From: a virus | Strand: one strand, 5' to 3' | Virus record (IMG/VR): IMGVR_UViG_3300026538_000054 | Coordinates: 128,285 to 192,284 of that record | Length of the DNA stretch: 64,000 bases | In this document: one piece after another, positions 37,130-46,333 of the stretch | Position numbering within the stretch: the first letter of the stretch is position 1 | Layout: each line of letters starts with the position of its first letter | Position numbers and translations under genes: made by a program | Notes under the pieces: model-generated | The model's database searches: none | Told to the model about the DNA's origin: nothing | The model's input: only the letters and a program-made list of their open reading frames with translations

Positions 37130-38775
37130 GTAACCTATAAAGTGGGAGGCCCGTCAGGTAAGCCGGCAAGGCAATCGAGAGAGGAGCTCCGGCGTTGACT
37201 GCTGCCTGGGGGGTCTTGAAATCGCAATCGCGTTATTCACCTTGGCGGCGTTTCGCCAATATCTTGGCGGTCGAGACATGGGGGTGCTTGGGATCGTATT
37301 GGCGTGGCGTCTTTGGCTTCTTCGGCTTCGTGGGGGCTTTGCGATATTTTGACAAATCGACCTGGCGTGCCAATTCGAGCAATACCTTCGCCAATTCCGC
37401 GGCATTCATGTCCCCCAACGGCAGCCATTGCATCGGAGGAATGGCAATCATCATGCCGGTGTGCGTCCGCCGAATCTCACTGGTGATGTGATGCAGCGAG
37501 ACTTCCTTCTCCACCTTGTCCGTCCCATGGACCACACGCAACGCCGCCTTGATTACCGACAAGAGGTTATAGGCCAGCACCGTGACGCAAAACGCGAACA
37601 ACGCCGCCTTGGGATACCCCAGACGCGGATGCTCGCCTTGCAGCACATCGGTCAACACTTGGAACACGGTCTCGATTTTCCACCGCTTGAGATAGAGACG
37701 CGCCAAGGTCAAGGCACAGGCCTGCTCGACCGTCAGGTCGCACAGCAAGGCCACCTCCGTCTCTCCGTCCCGAGTCGGCTGGTCCAACTTGATGAGCACT
37801 CGCCGCAGTTCGAGCAGCCTGCCATCGTCGGCGGTGATCGTCACCTTCTGCTCCCAGACAGAGCCCGTCTCCACTCGGCCGACCAGACGCAGGTCGTCCC
37901 CCTTGGTCCAGGGCAAGTTCTTGTGCTCGCGCACCAACACGTGGGCCTTGCGGCGGAGGACCACGCCGCACAACCAGCCCACCGTGCAGAAGTTGCGATC
38001 TTCGATCCACAGTTCGCCCTCGAGCACGCTGTCCAACACCGGGCCCAACAGGGCGCGTTCCTGGGCGTGGCCGTCCTCACACGGGAAGACGTCGATAACC
38101 AATCCCAACTGCGGGTCGAACACGTTCAAGGTCTTGCCAGGCAAAGGAGCGGCGGCGATCTCGCGCAGCTCTTTGATGCGGTGTTGCGTGCCCGCCAGGC
38201 AGTTGCCGTCGAGGATCTTGACTCGGAAGCCGGGCAGCAGCGCCGGCAGGGAGCCGCCCAGCGCCTCGACGACTTCGGTCAGGCGCGCCGCGTTGTCGCG
38301 GACCAGTTGTTGCATCACCGGCAGTTCGACACCCTTGAGCTTTTCGTAAACATTGGTCAGCTCAACGGGAAAGAGGTCCCGGTGGTTCACGTAAACGGCG
38401 TGCGGGGATTTGTGGATACCACAGACGACCAACCCCATCATATCAACCAGCGTGGAGAACAGCAGCTTCTCCGTGTATTGAGTCGTGGCCGTCCGCTCGA
38501 ACAGTTCATCAATCGGCCCTGGCTGCAAGGCATGCTCCATCAGCCCCCGAGCCATTACCGTGATCGGGCTCTCATTCACGAATCGATCGAATACCGCTTC
38601 CAGAAGCATGGCAAATGGCTCCAGGTTCCCCAGGATCTTCCCCTGTTCAGCTTATACACGCCAACCGCTACTGAACAGGGCTGCAATAGCTCCCAATCGC
38701 ACATGTGTTCTTTTGTCCCCTGCTCCACCACCGTGAAATGGCTGGAGCCACGGGCCTCTATCGTTTCAAAGTTCA
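37130..38775 (-). mobile_element. IS4-family insertion sequence (ends approximate)
   Basis: Transposase plus imperfect terminal inverted repeats sharing GAGGCCCGT (37146-54 / 38750-58); no clear target duplication seen. Confidence 0.7.
37233..38609 (-). CDS. IS4-family DDE transposase
   Basis: KILDGNCL, WIEDRNFC, YLKRWKIETVF (YREK motif); intact 458-aa ORF. Confidence 0.92.
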   Translation of the reverse strand: MLLEAVFDRFVNESPITVMARGLMEHALQPGPIDELFERTATTQYTEKLLFSTLVDMMGLVVCGIHKSPHAVYVNHRDLFPVELTNVYEKLKGVELPVMQQLVRDNAARLTEVVEALGGSLPALLPGFRVKILDGNCLAGTQHRIKELREIAAAPLPGKTLNVFDPQLGLVIDVFPCEDGHAQERALLGPVLDSVLEGELWIEDRNFCTVGWLCGVVLRRKAHVLVREHKNLPWTKGDDLRLVGRVETGSVWEQKVTITADDGRLLELRRVLIKLDQPTRDGETEVALLCDLTVEQACALTLARLYLKRWKIETVFQVLTDVLQGEHPRLGYPKAALFAFCVTVLAYNLLSVIKAALRVVHGTDKVEKEVSLHHITSEIRRTHTGMMIAIPPMQWLPLGDMNAAELAKVLLELARQVDLSKYRKAPTKPKKPKTPRQYDPKHPHVSTAKILAKRRQGE

Positions 38776-38786
38776 GTCAAGGATGA

Positions 38787-39092
38787 GTGATGCGACAGAC
38801 GCCAAGAAAACGGGCGGTTGAGTCCCTGAGGAAGTTGCTTGCCGACTGCGGCCTGACCGAGGGGGACAACTACTACGCCGTGTCCTTGCAGATGACCCTG
38901 GAGGAATTGGAGGCCGACACCAAAAGGCTGGGCTGTGAACAGGCCTGGCTGGTGCGACGGTTGGTGGAGCAGGTAGTCCACCGCCTGGTCGGTCACGACG
39001 GGCTGACACCAAACCACGAAGCGTGCGCGAAGGCCCGGCGACTTTGCGCCGGGCCGCCCGAGGGTAACAAAGAGGGACCGCCATGTCTGTGA
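38787..39092 (+). CDS. Hypothetical protein
   Basis: 101 aa ORF after the IS. Confidence 0.4.
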   Translation: MMRQTPRKRAVESLRKLLADCGLTEGDNYYAVSLQMTLEELEADTKRLGCEQAWLVRRLVEQVVHRLVGHDGLTPNHEACAKARRLCAGPPEGNKEGPPCL

Positions 39093-39126
39093 GCTACTTC
39101 GCCCATGTCGTAGGCGGCGTGGGCGT

Positions 39127-39173
39127 TGCGGCATTTAGCCAGCCGCAGAGGGCTTTGATGCAGTTGTCATACT
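39127..39173 (+). repeat. Pseudoknot-like element plus TGT-CATACT
   Basis: TGCGGC-attt-AGCCA-GCCGCA-ga-GGGCT; homologous to 45778-45824; upstream of ATG 39191. Confidence 0.7.
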
Positions 39174-39190
39174 AGCAAAGGCAAGCCGTC

Positions 39191-39937
39191 ATGACCGAGG
39201 CGGAATGGGAGGTCTCAGACGACCCGGTGCGAATGCTCCTCTTCTTGACAGGTGGTTACGAACGGGAGGTGCCCGCCGGGGGCTGTGAGCGCTTTCCCGG
39301 AACGCGCAAGCTGCGATTGTTTACCTACGCCTGCGTCTTGCAGGTTAAGGGCCTGATCAAGTACACAAGGACTCTTGAGGCCTTGGAGGCGGCCCCGCTA
39401 ATCGCCGACGGCGTGCTACGCCAGAAAAAGACCCAAGACCTGCGTCGGGGCACGTCGGAGCTCCTTGTCGAGCTGACCCAGGTTGGCATGGCCGGGACCG
39501 ACGAAATGAGAGCCGTAGAAGAGGCGGACGATCTGGTCATGTCCGACTCCGTACGGGCGGCCCTTCACTTACTCGAAGGATCGACTCTGCGGCCGAGTCG
39601 CTGGGAGGCTGACTGCCTGCGGGAGATTGTTGGCGACCCTTACAGGCAGTATGTTTGGACCGCCAATCCGTCACCTCGAAAGGCGAGCTACCGCGAGATC
39701 AACAACCCCGATATGAGGGACCTGGTCCTTCTGCGCCGAAGCTGGCTGACGGAGGACGCCCTTCGTATCGCGAAGACGGCCTACGACAAGCGGGACTTTT
39801 CTCTCTTGCCCGTTCTGGGCGACGCCCTGGAAGAGGCAGGGTGCGATTTCGCGCCATTGCTCTACCATCTGCGCAAAGACTGTTCATGCCACGCCCTTGG
39901 GTGTTGGGCGCTGGACCTGGTTCTGGATAAACGCTGA
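39191..39937 (+). CDS. Gemmata-type 'LADALEEAGC..GCW' family protein
   Basis: MTEAEWEVSDDPVRML..RKLRLFTYAC..LPVLGDALEEAGC..GCWALDLVLDK. Confidence 0.8.
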   Translation: MTEAEWEVSDDPVRMLLFLTGGYEREVPAGGCERFPGTRKLRLFTYACVLQVKGLIKYTRTLEALEAAPLIADGVLRQKKTQDLRRGTSELLVELTQVGMAGTDEMRAVEEADDLVMSDSVRAALHLLEGSTLRPSRWEADCLREIVGDPYRQYVWTANPSPRKASYREINNPDMRDLVLLRRSWLTEDALRIAKTAYDKRDFSLLPVLGDALEEAGCDFAPLLYHLRKDCSCHALGCWALDLVLDKR

Positions 39938-39950
39938 CTGGAGCACGTAG

Positions 39951-40181
39951 GTGCCTAAATACCGAATGTTGTGCAAGGCGTTCGCCTTTTTTGACGTGGT
40001 GACCGAGGACGACGAAGAGGCCATACGAAAGGCCGAGAAGCTCAAGGTCGAGATCGCCAACGGCCTGGACCTGCCAAAGGGCGCGATGGTCGAAGGACTG
40101 CCGTTCGACCCCGAGGGCGACCTGAACATCATGGTCTACCTCGGGGCCATCAGTCCGCCCAAGATCGTCACGAAGGACTGA
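39951..40181 (+). CDS. Hypothetical protein
   Basis: GGAG upstream of GTG; acidic small protein. Confidence 0.55.
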   Translation: MPKYRMLCKAFAFFDVVTEDDEEAIRKAEKLKVEIANGLDLPKGAMVEGLPFDPEGDLNIMVYLGAISPPKIVTKD

Positions 40182-40192
40182 CAGGGGAAACG

Positions 40193-40576
40193 ATGAACGC
40201 GGAAACGACAGTGCTGCACCAGTTCTTGAAAGAGCTAGCCCAGTCGCCAGAGAACTGGGGCCTGCGCGGCATAGTGGCCGATTGGTACGAAGACAACCAA
40301 GAGGTGCACCGCGCCGAGTGTCTGCGCTGGATGATCCAGCAGAGGAAGCGGCCGTACACGAGGGCCGACAAGCAGGCGACGTGGTTCAACGCGGATCGGA
40401 TCTCGCCGGGGCTTGGCGACCCGGAGTCAGACATTCCCGAGGCTATCTTCAAGCAGTTGGAAGGAGGCAAGCCAGCGGCGAATCACATAACGTTCGGCAA
40501 CTTCCCCGAGGCGGAAGAGGCGATCCAGAAGGCCTGGGCGAAGGCCAGGGCCGGAGGTTGGTCCCCGCATGGCTAA
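40193..40576 (+). CDS. TIGR02996-like N-terminal domain protein
   Basis: FLKELAQSPENWGLRGIVADWYEDNQEVHRAECLRW. Confidence 0.6.
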   Translation: MNAETTVLHQFLKELAQSPENWGLRGIVADWYEDNQEVHRAECLRWMIQQRKRPYTRADKQATWFNADRISPGLGDPESDIPEAIFKQLEGGKPAANHITFGNFPEAEEAIQKAWAKARAGGWSPHG

Positions 40577-41758
40577 CTAGGCCTTGCCGGCCATCGCCCG
40601 TCGGAAGAGCGCCACGTGCTCGTCCACGACCTCCCTGGCGGCGCGCAGGGATGGCTGTACGCCGTTCTCCTGACAGAGGACGTCAAAGAGCGCGGCGTCT
40701 TCTTCCGGCATCCCGGGAAGGACGCTCGCCGCCTTCTCGGCGTCCACCATGACGCCGTCCCTGGTGAGCTCGCTGGCGTACTTTTCTCCGAGGCCCTCTC
40801 TGATCTCTCGCACGCGCAGCCTGGTCAGTTCATGGGCCTTGTAGAGGTTGCCGGTCCTGGTCTCGATGTGGCCCTCCACCAGCCTAGCAACGGCCTGCTT
40901 GGTGACGCCGAAAAGGACGTCCTCGGGCAGGCCCAGGCCCGTTTGGTAGTGCCCCTTCAGCCGATAGGACTCGTCGAAGCCGTCCACGACTTCGGCCAGT
41001 TGCAACATGGCCTCCCTGTTCCGGGCCTTCTCGGGCCGTTCGAGTACTTCCTTCGCCAGTTTCAGCATGGCCTCCTGGAGAGGGGAGTAGGCCCCCGGTC
41101 CGCCGCGCGAGAGGACCACGCGGTCAAAGAGGAGCCTCGCCGCGTCTTCAGCGGAACACGCGCCTCTTCCCGCGGCCCTTGAGAGCTCGTCCTCGCCAGG
41201 GAGATACGCGCCGACCGCGGCCGCCTTCTCCAGCACCTTCTCGGCGAAAAGCCTTCTCAGGGGGAATGGCGCGCTCGCCCTGAACTTCAGGTAGTGTTCG
41301 CCGGCGGCCTTGATCTCCGGGGAGGACCGCAGCGGGTAGCGCCTGACTTTTCTCCCGCCTTCGTCCTCGTAGACCAGGGCGAAGTCGTCATCGGGCAGCT
41401 CTCTCTCGTCCGGCAACTGCCTGAAGCTCTCGATCTTGCTTCTGGCCTCTTTCACCCCGAGCGAGATACCATGAAAGGCCGCCATCTTCTCCAGCCGGTC
41501 GCTGATGAAGGCGTAGACGTCTTTGGAGAGGGCTGGTCTCTGCTCATGGAAGTAGGCGCTCGAGAGCCAGCAGGCGGCCTTCGTGTGGCAAGGAAGAAGC
41601 CCCCTGGCCGGGTCGGCGAAGATATCCGGCCCGGCGCCCCTGGGCGGTACGAGGTCTTCCTCGCTCGCCTTCTTGACGAAGTCGGGCAGGCCGGCCACAA
41701 GGCCCAACCGGTGCAAAAGCCGCCCATCAATGTCGGTAGCGTAATCCAGGTACTCCAT
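40577..41758 (-). CDS. Conserved large-phage hypothetical protein
   Basis: 393 aa; FADP..LPCHTKAACWLS and RRYPLRS..KAA..Y..R..FA motifs. Confidence 0.65.
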   Translation of the reverse strand: MEYLDYATDIDGRLLHRLGLVAGLPDFVKKASEEDLVPPRGAGPDIFADPARGLLPCHTKAACWLSSAYFHEQRPALSKDVYAFISDRLEKMAAFHGISLGVKEARSKIESFRQLPDERELPDDDFALVYEDEGGRKVRRYPLRSSPEIKAAGEHYLKFRASAPFPLRRLFAEKVLEKAAAVGAYLPGEDELSRAAGRGACSAEDAARLLFDRVVLSRGGPGAYSPLQEAMLKLAKEVLERPEKARNREAMLQLAEVVDGFDESYRLKGHYQTGLGLPEDVLFGVTKQAVARLVEGHIETRTGNLYKAHELTRLRVREIREGLGEKYASELTRDGVMVDAEKAASVLPGMPEEDAALFDVLCQENGVQPSLRAAREVVDEHVALFRRAMAGKA

Positions 41759-44300
41759 GCCGGGCCCCTCTTCCCCTTACCTCAAACTGGACGAGCTTCT
41801 CTCCGCCAGGGCCTTCCTGGAGCGGTCGGGCCACGGGCTCGTCTGCCCGACCTGTCTCGGCCCTCTTGCGGTCTCTGACGATACCACTCTGGGGGGCGAT
41901 GCGGCGCATTGCTCCTTGTGCGACCGCGCCATGAAGGCCTGCGAGCTGGCCTCCCTGGTCTGGTCCATGAGCCTGGAAAAGGCCCTGGTGAAACTATGTG
42001 CTCTGCTTGAGATCAGGCCAGGGCCGCGAGAGCTTGCGCGCTACTTGCAAGTAGTGCGCTTCCGACAGGCGTGCGAACACCTCTGGGCGACCAGGCGGCC
42101 GGCAGGGCGCTCACAAGCCATGAGGTCCCTGCGCGTCTCCCTGGGTGACGAGAGACCGCCAGGCTGGCCGAGCGCCGGCGGCCCCTTCCTGGGAGAGCAC
42201 CCCGCAGAGAACATCAAGCCTGTTCTGGGCGCCGTCTTCGCGGGCGACTGGGAAGACGCCCTTCTCGTCAGGATCAGTGACATGCCGGGAAGGACCTCGG
42301 GCCTCTGGCTCCTTACCGGCAACAGAGAGGAGAACAAGGCCAGGGCCTTCTCCGCGTTGCAAAGAGGGGGACCGATCACCGGAGTGGTGCTTCCATCAGG
42401 GCTGAGACAACCGCCTGACCGTCGACGCGGTGATCAGGCCCTGGTCCTTCTGGACGTCCGCGCCTCGTTGAGGCTGCATGCGCTGGCAGGCGGCCTCTTG
42501 CCGATCGCAGGCGCTCAGGAAGAATGGTCGCCGCCGGCGCTTCTTCTCCCTGGCGGCAGGCCGCTGACCATCTGGGCGAAGAGGCCGTCTCCCGGCGCTT
42601 TTCGTTGGGCCTGTTCCACAGGTGCCGGTCTCTGCGTGTCGCCGGCCAGAGACGAGCTGATCTGGCAACTGAAGGACTATCTGCCTGAAGAGTGGCTGGA
42701 GAAGTGCCTGAGGGAGGCGCTTCCGCCGGAGCTCCAGTTGGAAAGGGCCTTGCTCGCCATGCCTGCCCAGGAGGTAGGCCCCTTCCTTGACCAGGCCGGC
42801 GTCACGGGCACGGCCCTGTCCGTCTTCCTCCTGGGCAGCAGGGACAAGACCAGGGAGAGAGTAAGCACGCTGGCCGCTTCTCTCGCAAAACGCGTGGAGC
42901 TGGGCGGAGACCACGTGCTTGAGAAGAACGGCCGCTGGCTTCGGGACGACAAGAAGCAAGGTCTGATCACGGACGCCGTGCTGCGCCTAGACGAGATCGT
43001 CCGACTGCGAACGGGAGGTGAGACGTTCTACCAGGGCGCTGTTCTTTCGCAGGGCGCGGTCCTGCCCTTCTGCGCTCCTTGCTCGGAGCTGGATAAATCG
43101 GCCCTCCCGCTCATGGAGGAGCTTTTGCAAACGGCCGGGATGACGCTCTTGGCCGATGCCGCCTGGTCGAAAAAGATCACCGCCCTGGCCAGGCGGTTCT
43201 CTCCTCCCAGGCTCCGAGAGGTGGACGACGTCTTCGGCTGGAGACAGGCCCGACGAGCGTTTGCTTTTCCGTTTATGAGCATTGACCCCGAGGAGAAGTG
43301 CGTCAAGGGCCCCCTGGAGAGCTTCCCCTCACAGGCCTACTGCCCTTTTTCGCCCACGGAGACCAGACCGCCCGACCAGCCGCCTTCGCCACGGACAGCG
43401 GCCCTGGCGGCGCTGCTCGTTATCAACTTCCTGGCCGATTGCTACGGGCAAGAGAAGGTGCCCGCGGTGCTTGTCACGCGGCGGCCGCTTAACGACATGG
43501 AAGAGCTGAAGAGAGCTGGGTTCAGACCGGCGCAGCCGTCTGAAGAAGGAGATAGCAACGCGTGGCAGGCCCGGCTGGAGCGGTTCAATCTGCCTGTTAT
43601 CCACTTCGCTCCTCTTGACGAGCTGCCCTGTGTACTCGGCCCCCTGGCACTACCAGTCCTGCCTGTCCATGAGGCGGCAGGGCTTTGTTTCAGCGGAGGG
43701 CCAAGGCTCATTCTCGATCTGGATGGCGAGCTGGACGGTGCCGCGCTCTCCGGCCTTGTTGCCGGCTACCTGGCCACGGAGGCCGGCCGCCTGGCTGACT
43801 GGCAGGTGAACGGCGCGGACATCAGGAGCGTCTTCAAGGACATGGCCCGGTGGCTGCGCGGGCTTTACGGCAGACCACCGGCGGCCCTGGCCGTCCTGGA
43901 CCTGGAAGAGAGACTGTCTCGCGTGGCCTGTCTGGCCAGGGCCTTTCTCCTGGGTGCTGCCAGACTGGCACGCTTTTCCGGAAAACAAATTGTCCGGATC
44001 GAACACAAGCGCATTGATGTGGTACTACGAAGACTAGCGAAGCGGCCGGGCTGCGATGCAGAAGAAGTCGTACAGGCCCTGGTGAAGACAGGGGCGGCCG
44101 TAGCGGACGAAAACACGCTGGTGCTGAATCAAGACGGGACGGAGCGCCTGCTGCGCGGTACAGCAGGCCTGACGAACCAAGAGACACAGGTGAGAAAAAG
44201 CCATGAGCCAGAAGACCAACAACGGCGCCAAGAAGCCGGAGCCGGAGGTCAAGAAGTTGTCCAAGCGAGGCAGCCTGGTGATCAACTTCCGGGCGGATGA
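41757..44300 (+). CDS. Large protein with N-terminal zinc finger, possibly primase-related
   Basis: CPTC..CSLC followed by a helix reminiscent of CHC2-type primase zinc fingers; remainder unrecognised. Confidence 0.45.
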   Translation: MPGPSSPYLKLDELLSARAFLERSGHGLVCPTCLGPLAVSDDTTLGGDAAHCSLCDRAMKACELASLVWSMSLEKALVKLCALLEIRPGPRELARYLQVVRFRQACEHLWATRRPAGRSQAMRSLRVSLGDERPPGWPSAGGPFLGEHPAENIKPVLGAVFAGDWEDALLVRISDMPGRTSGLWLLTGNREENKARAFSALQRGGPITGVVLPSGLRQPPDRRRGDQALVLLDVRASLRLHALAGGLLPIAGAQEEWSPPALLLPGGRPLTIWAKRPSPGAFRWACSTGAGLCVSPARDELIWQLKDYLPEEWLEKCLREALPPELQLERALLAMPAQEVGPFLDQAGVTGTALSVFLLGSRDKTRERVSTLAASLAKRVELGGDHVLEKNGRWLRDDKKQGLITDAVLRLDEIVRLRTGGETFYQGAVLSQGAVLPFCAPCSELDKSALPLMEELLQTAGMTLLADAAWSKKITALARRFSPPRLREVDDVFGWRQARRAFAFPFMSIDPEEKCVKGPLESFPSQAYCPFSPTETRPPDQPPSPRTAALAALLVINFLADCYGQEKVPAVLVTRRPLNDMEELKRAGFRPAQPSEEGDSNAWQARLERFNLPVIHFAPLDELPCVLGPLALPVLPVHEAAGLCFSGGPRLILDLDGELDGAALSGLVAGYLATEAGRLADWQVNGADIRSVFKDMARWLRGLYGRPPAALAVLDLEERLSRVACLARAFLLGAARLARFSGKQIVRIEHKRIDVVLRRLAKRPGCDAEEVVQALVKTGAAVADENTLVLNQDGTERLLRGTAGLTNQETQVRKSHEPEDQQRRQEAGAGGQEVVQARQPGDQLPGG

Positions 44301-44463
44301 GGACGTCAAGACCTCCGACATCACGGCCCTGGCCGACTACCTGCTGGGCCGCAAGGCGCTCAACGACAAGCAGAAGGCCAGGTTGGACAAGATCAAGTTC
44401 ATGAAGTCCGACCTGATAAAGAACTTAACGGAGCCGGCCGCGCCCGTTACGACCGAGGTCTGA
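44203..44463 (+). CDS. Small basic hypothetical protein
   Basis: Lys-rich, high GC3; overlaps the 3' end of the preceding ORF. Confidence 0.6.
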   Translation: MSQKTNNGAKKPEPEVKKLSKRGSLVINFRADEDVKTSDITALADYLLGRKALNDKQKARLDKIKFMKSDLIKNLTEPAAPVTTEV

Positions 44464-44622
44464 CCGACTACCTACTGGGTTGGCTGCAGCGACGGCGGCA
44501 TTTCACGACTTTGAGGCCGCCGTGTAGGCCTTTCTGTGAACCTTACCATTACGCTGGTGCCACCAGCGTAATGGTAAACAGGAAATCTGTCAACTACTCG
44601 TTTCACCAGGAGAAGTACGTTC

Positions 44623-45702
44623 ATGTTCAATTGCAAGGTCCTGAAGCACAGCCGTCCGCCGGAAGGGCTGGATTTGATCAGCATCGAGTGGGACACGCCG
44701 CGCGTGGTCCTGGCGGAGGCCGTGACGCACAGACGGTCCTCGGACGTCTTCGGCGATTTCGAGCTCGTCTACGCCGAGCGGACCACCACCCAGGGGATGT
44801 CCAAGAACAGCGCCAGCTCCAGGGCCATCCCGCTCTGGAAGATCATCAAGAAGGCCATGGACGATACGTACGTCCCTCAGCGATTCTCCTCGGCCGGCAA
44901 GGGCATGCAGGGTGCCGGCTGGCTGGAGGGCAAGGACCACGAGATCGCCGTCAAGAACTGGCTGCGCCTCAGGGACCAGGCCGTGGTGGCGGCGCTCTCC
45001 CTGCTCAACGGGAAGGACTGCGCGGAGACCATCCAGAAGGCCGGCCTACACCTGAGGTTCATTCGAGAGCTCGAAGGCCTGCCGGCGCCCGATGTGTCCG
45101 TTCACAAGCAGGACGTGAACCGGTGTCTGGAGCCCTGGCTTTGGGTCACGCAAGCGGTGACGGCGACCATGGACCACTGGTCGAACTTCTTCCATCTGCG
45201 ATGCCACAGGGCCGCGCACCCCGCCCTGCGAAAGCTGGCCCGGATGGCCTTCCTGGCGATCAGGGGTAGCAAGCCGCAACAACTGGCCCGCTACCAGTGG
45301 CACCTGCCCTACGACGATGGTGAGGCCCCGTTCTGGGCCCCGAACCTGGCGACCATCTGGCCGGGCGTCGCCCTGGATGACATTCATCCGCGCGTCAGGG
45401 CCAGCGCTGCGCGATGTGCCTGGGTAAGTTACGAAAATCCCGACAAGGAGGCGACCCAGGAGGCCTGCGACAACACGTTCACCAAGCTGGTCGGTTCTTC
45501 ACCACTGCACGCCAGTCCACAAGAACATCAGGCCTGCCCGCCACCGCCGAGCCTCTTCCAGGCCATGCCGCAATACCAAAGCAATCTCACCGGCTGGCTG
45601 CAGGCCAGGAAGCTGTTGCCGCGGGAGGCCGTCAAGGAGTACAGCCCCTCCGACGAACTGGTCGCCTCCTGGGGGCCGGACCTGATGGAAGACGGCCTGT
45701 GA
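44623..45702 (+). CDS. thyX: Phage-type FAD-dependent thymidylate synthase
   Basis: THR..SKNSASSRAIP, HKQDVNRCLEPW, WSNFFHLRCH, SAARCAWVSY, HASPQEHQA; 20-aa insertion in the motif. Confidence 0.8.
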   Translation: MFNCKVLKHSRPPEGLDLISIEWDTPRVVLAEAVTHRRSSDVFGDFELVYAERTTTQGMSKNSASSRAIPLWKIIKKAMDDTYVPQRFSSAGKGMQGAGWLEGKDHEIAVKNWLRLRDQAVVAALSLLNGKDCAETIQKAGLHLRFIRELEGLPAPDVSVHKQDVNRCLEPWLWVTQAVTATMDHWSNFFHLRCHRAAHPALRKLARMAFLAIRGSKPQQLARYQWHLPYDDGEAPFWAPNLATIWPGVALDDIHPRVRASAARCAWVSYENPDKEATQEACDNTFTKLVGSSPLHASPQEHQACPPPPSLFQAMPQYQSNLTGWLQARKLLPREAVKEYSPSDELVASWGPDLMEDGL

Positions 45703-45990
45703 CCGAATCAGAATGGATAGCGTGCAGCGACCCGCCGGAGATGCTGAGACACCTCGGCAAACAGCACAGCCTGCGTTTGCGGCAATAAGCCCGCCGCAGA
45801 GGGCTTTGATACGAGTGCCATACTAACATGCGCAGCGGCAAGGCGTTTCAACTCACTACGCGCTGGCGACGAGGAGAGACACCCTGAGACAGGCGAGCTG
45901 GACTTCGCCAGGCTCGCCATCCTCGCCGACGCCGTTGAAGAAGCGGGCTGCAACTGGATGCTCTGTAGATCACCAGCGAGGACGACGAAT
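45699..45990 (+). pseudogene. Disrupted Gemmata-type family gene
   Basis: MTESEWIACSDPPEMLRHLG..LRLRQ* then ERHPETGELDFARLAILADAVEEAGC; interrupted at the pseudoknot-like element. Confidence 0.65.
45778..45824 (+). repeat. Pseudoknot-like element plus TGC-CATACT
   Basis: TGCGGC-aat-AAGCCC-GCCGCA-ga-GGGCTT. Confidence 0.75.
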
Positions 45991-46333
45991 GAAAGAGAGC
46001 ACCGTGAGCGAAAAGAAACAAAGGCCGTGGTCGAGGTTGATTGCTGTCGCCCGCAAGGCGCAGGCGGTCATCCAGGCCGCTAATACCAACCCAATGCACG
46101 ACGAGTGGGACGACGTTGAGGCGAAGCAGGCGTTCGAGGACATCGAGTGCGCTCTCGCGGACATCGAGAAAACAGGGCTGAAGACTGACGAGCTGCCCGC
46201 CCTGGTGGAGGCGTGCCAAGCGGGCATCAAGGACTACGAGACGTACATGGACGGCAAGGAGACGTACCCCGAGTACCACCACGCCGCGATCAACCGGATC
46301 AGTCGCGCGCTCGACAAGGTCACTCAACCATAG
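45989..46333 (+). CDS. Hypothetical protein
   Basis: ATG 45989 within ORF 45935..46333; converges on the terminase stop. Confidence 0.5.
   Translation: MKESTVSEKKQRPWSRLIAVARKAQAVIQAANTNPMHDEWDDVEAKQAFEDIECALADIEKTGLKTDELPALVEACQAGIKDYETYMDGKETYPEYHHAAINRISRALDKVTQP

Noticed and set aside
15338-45824. Pseudoknot-like elements as type III toxin-antitoxin RNA repeats or self-cleaving ribozymes
   Set aside because: They are dispersed rather than in a tandem array before a toxin, and lack recognisable HDV, hammerhead or twister catalytic cores; not excluded without a covariance search.
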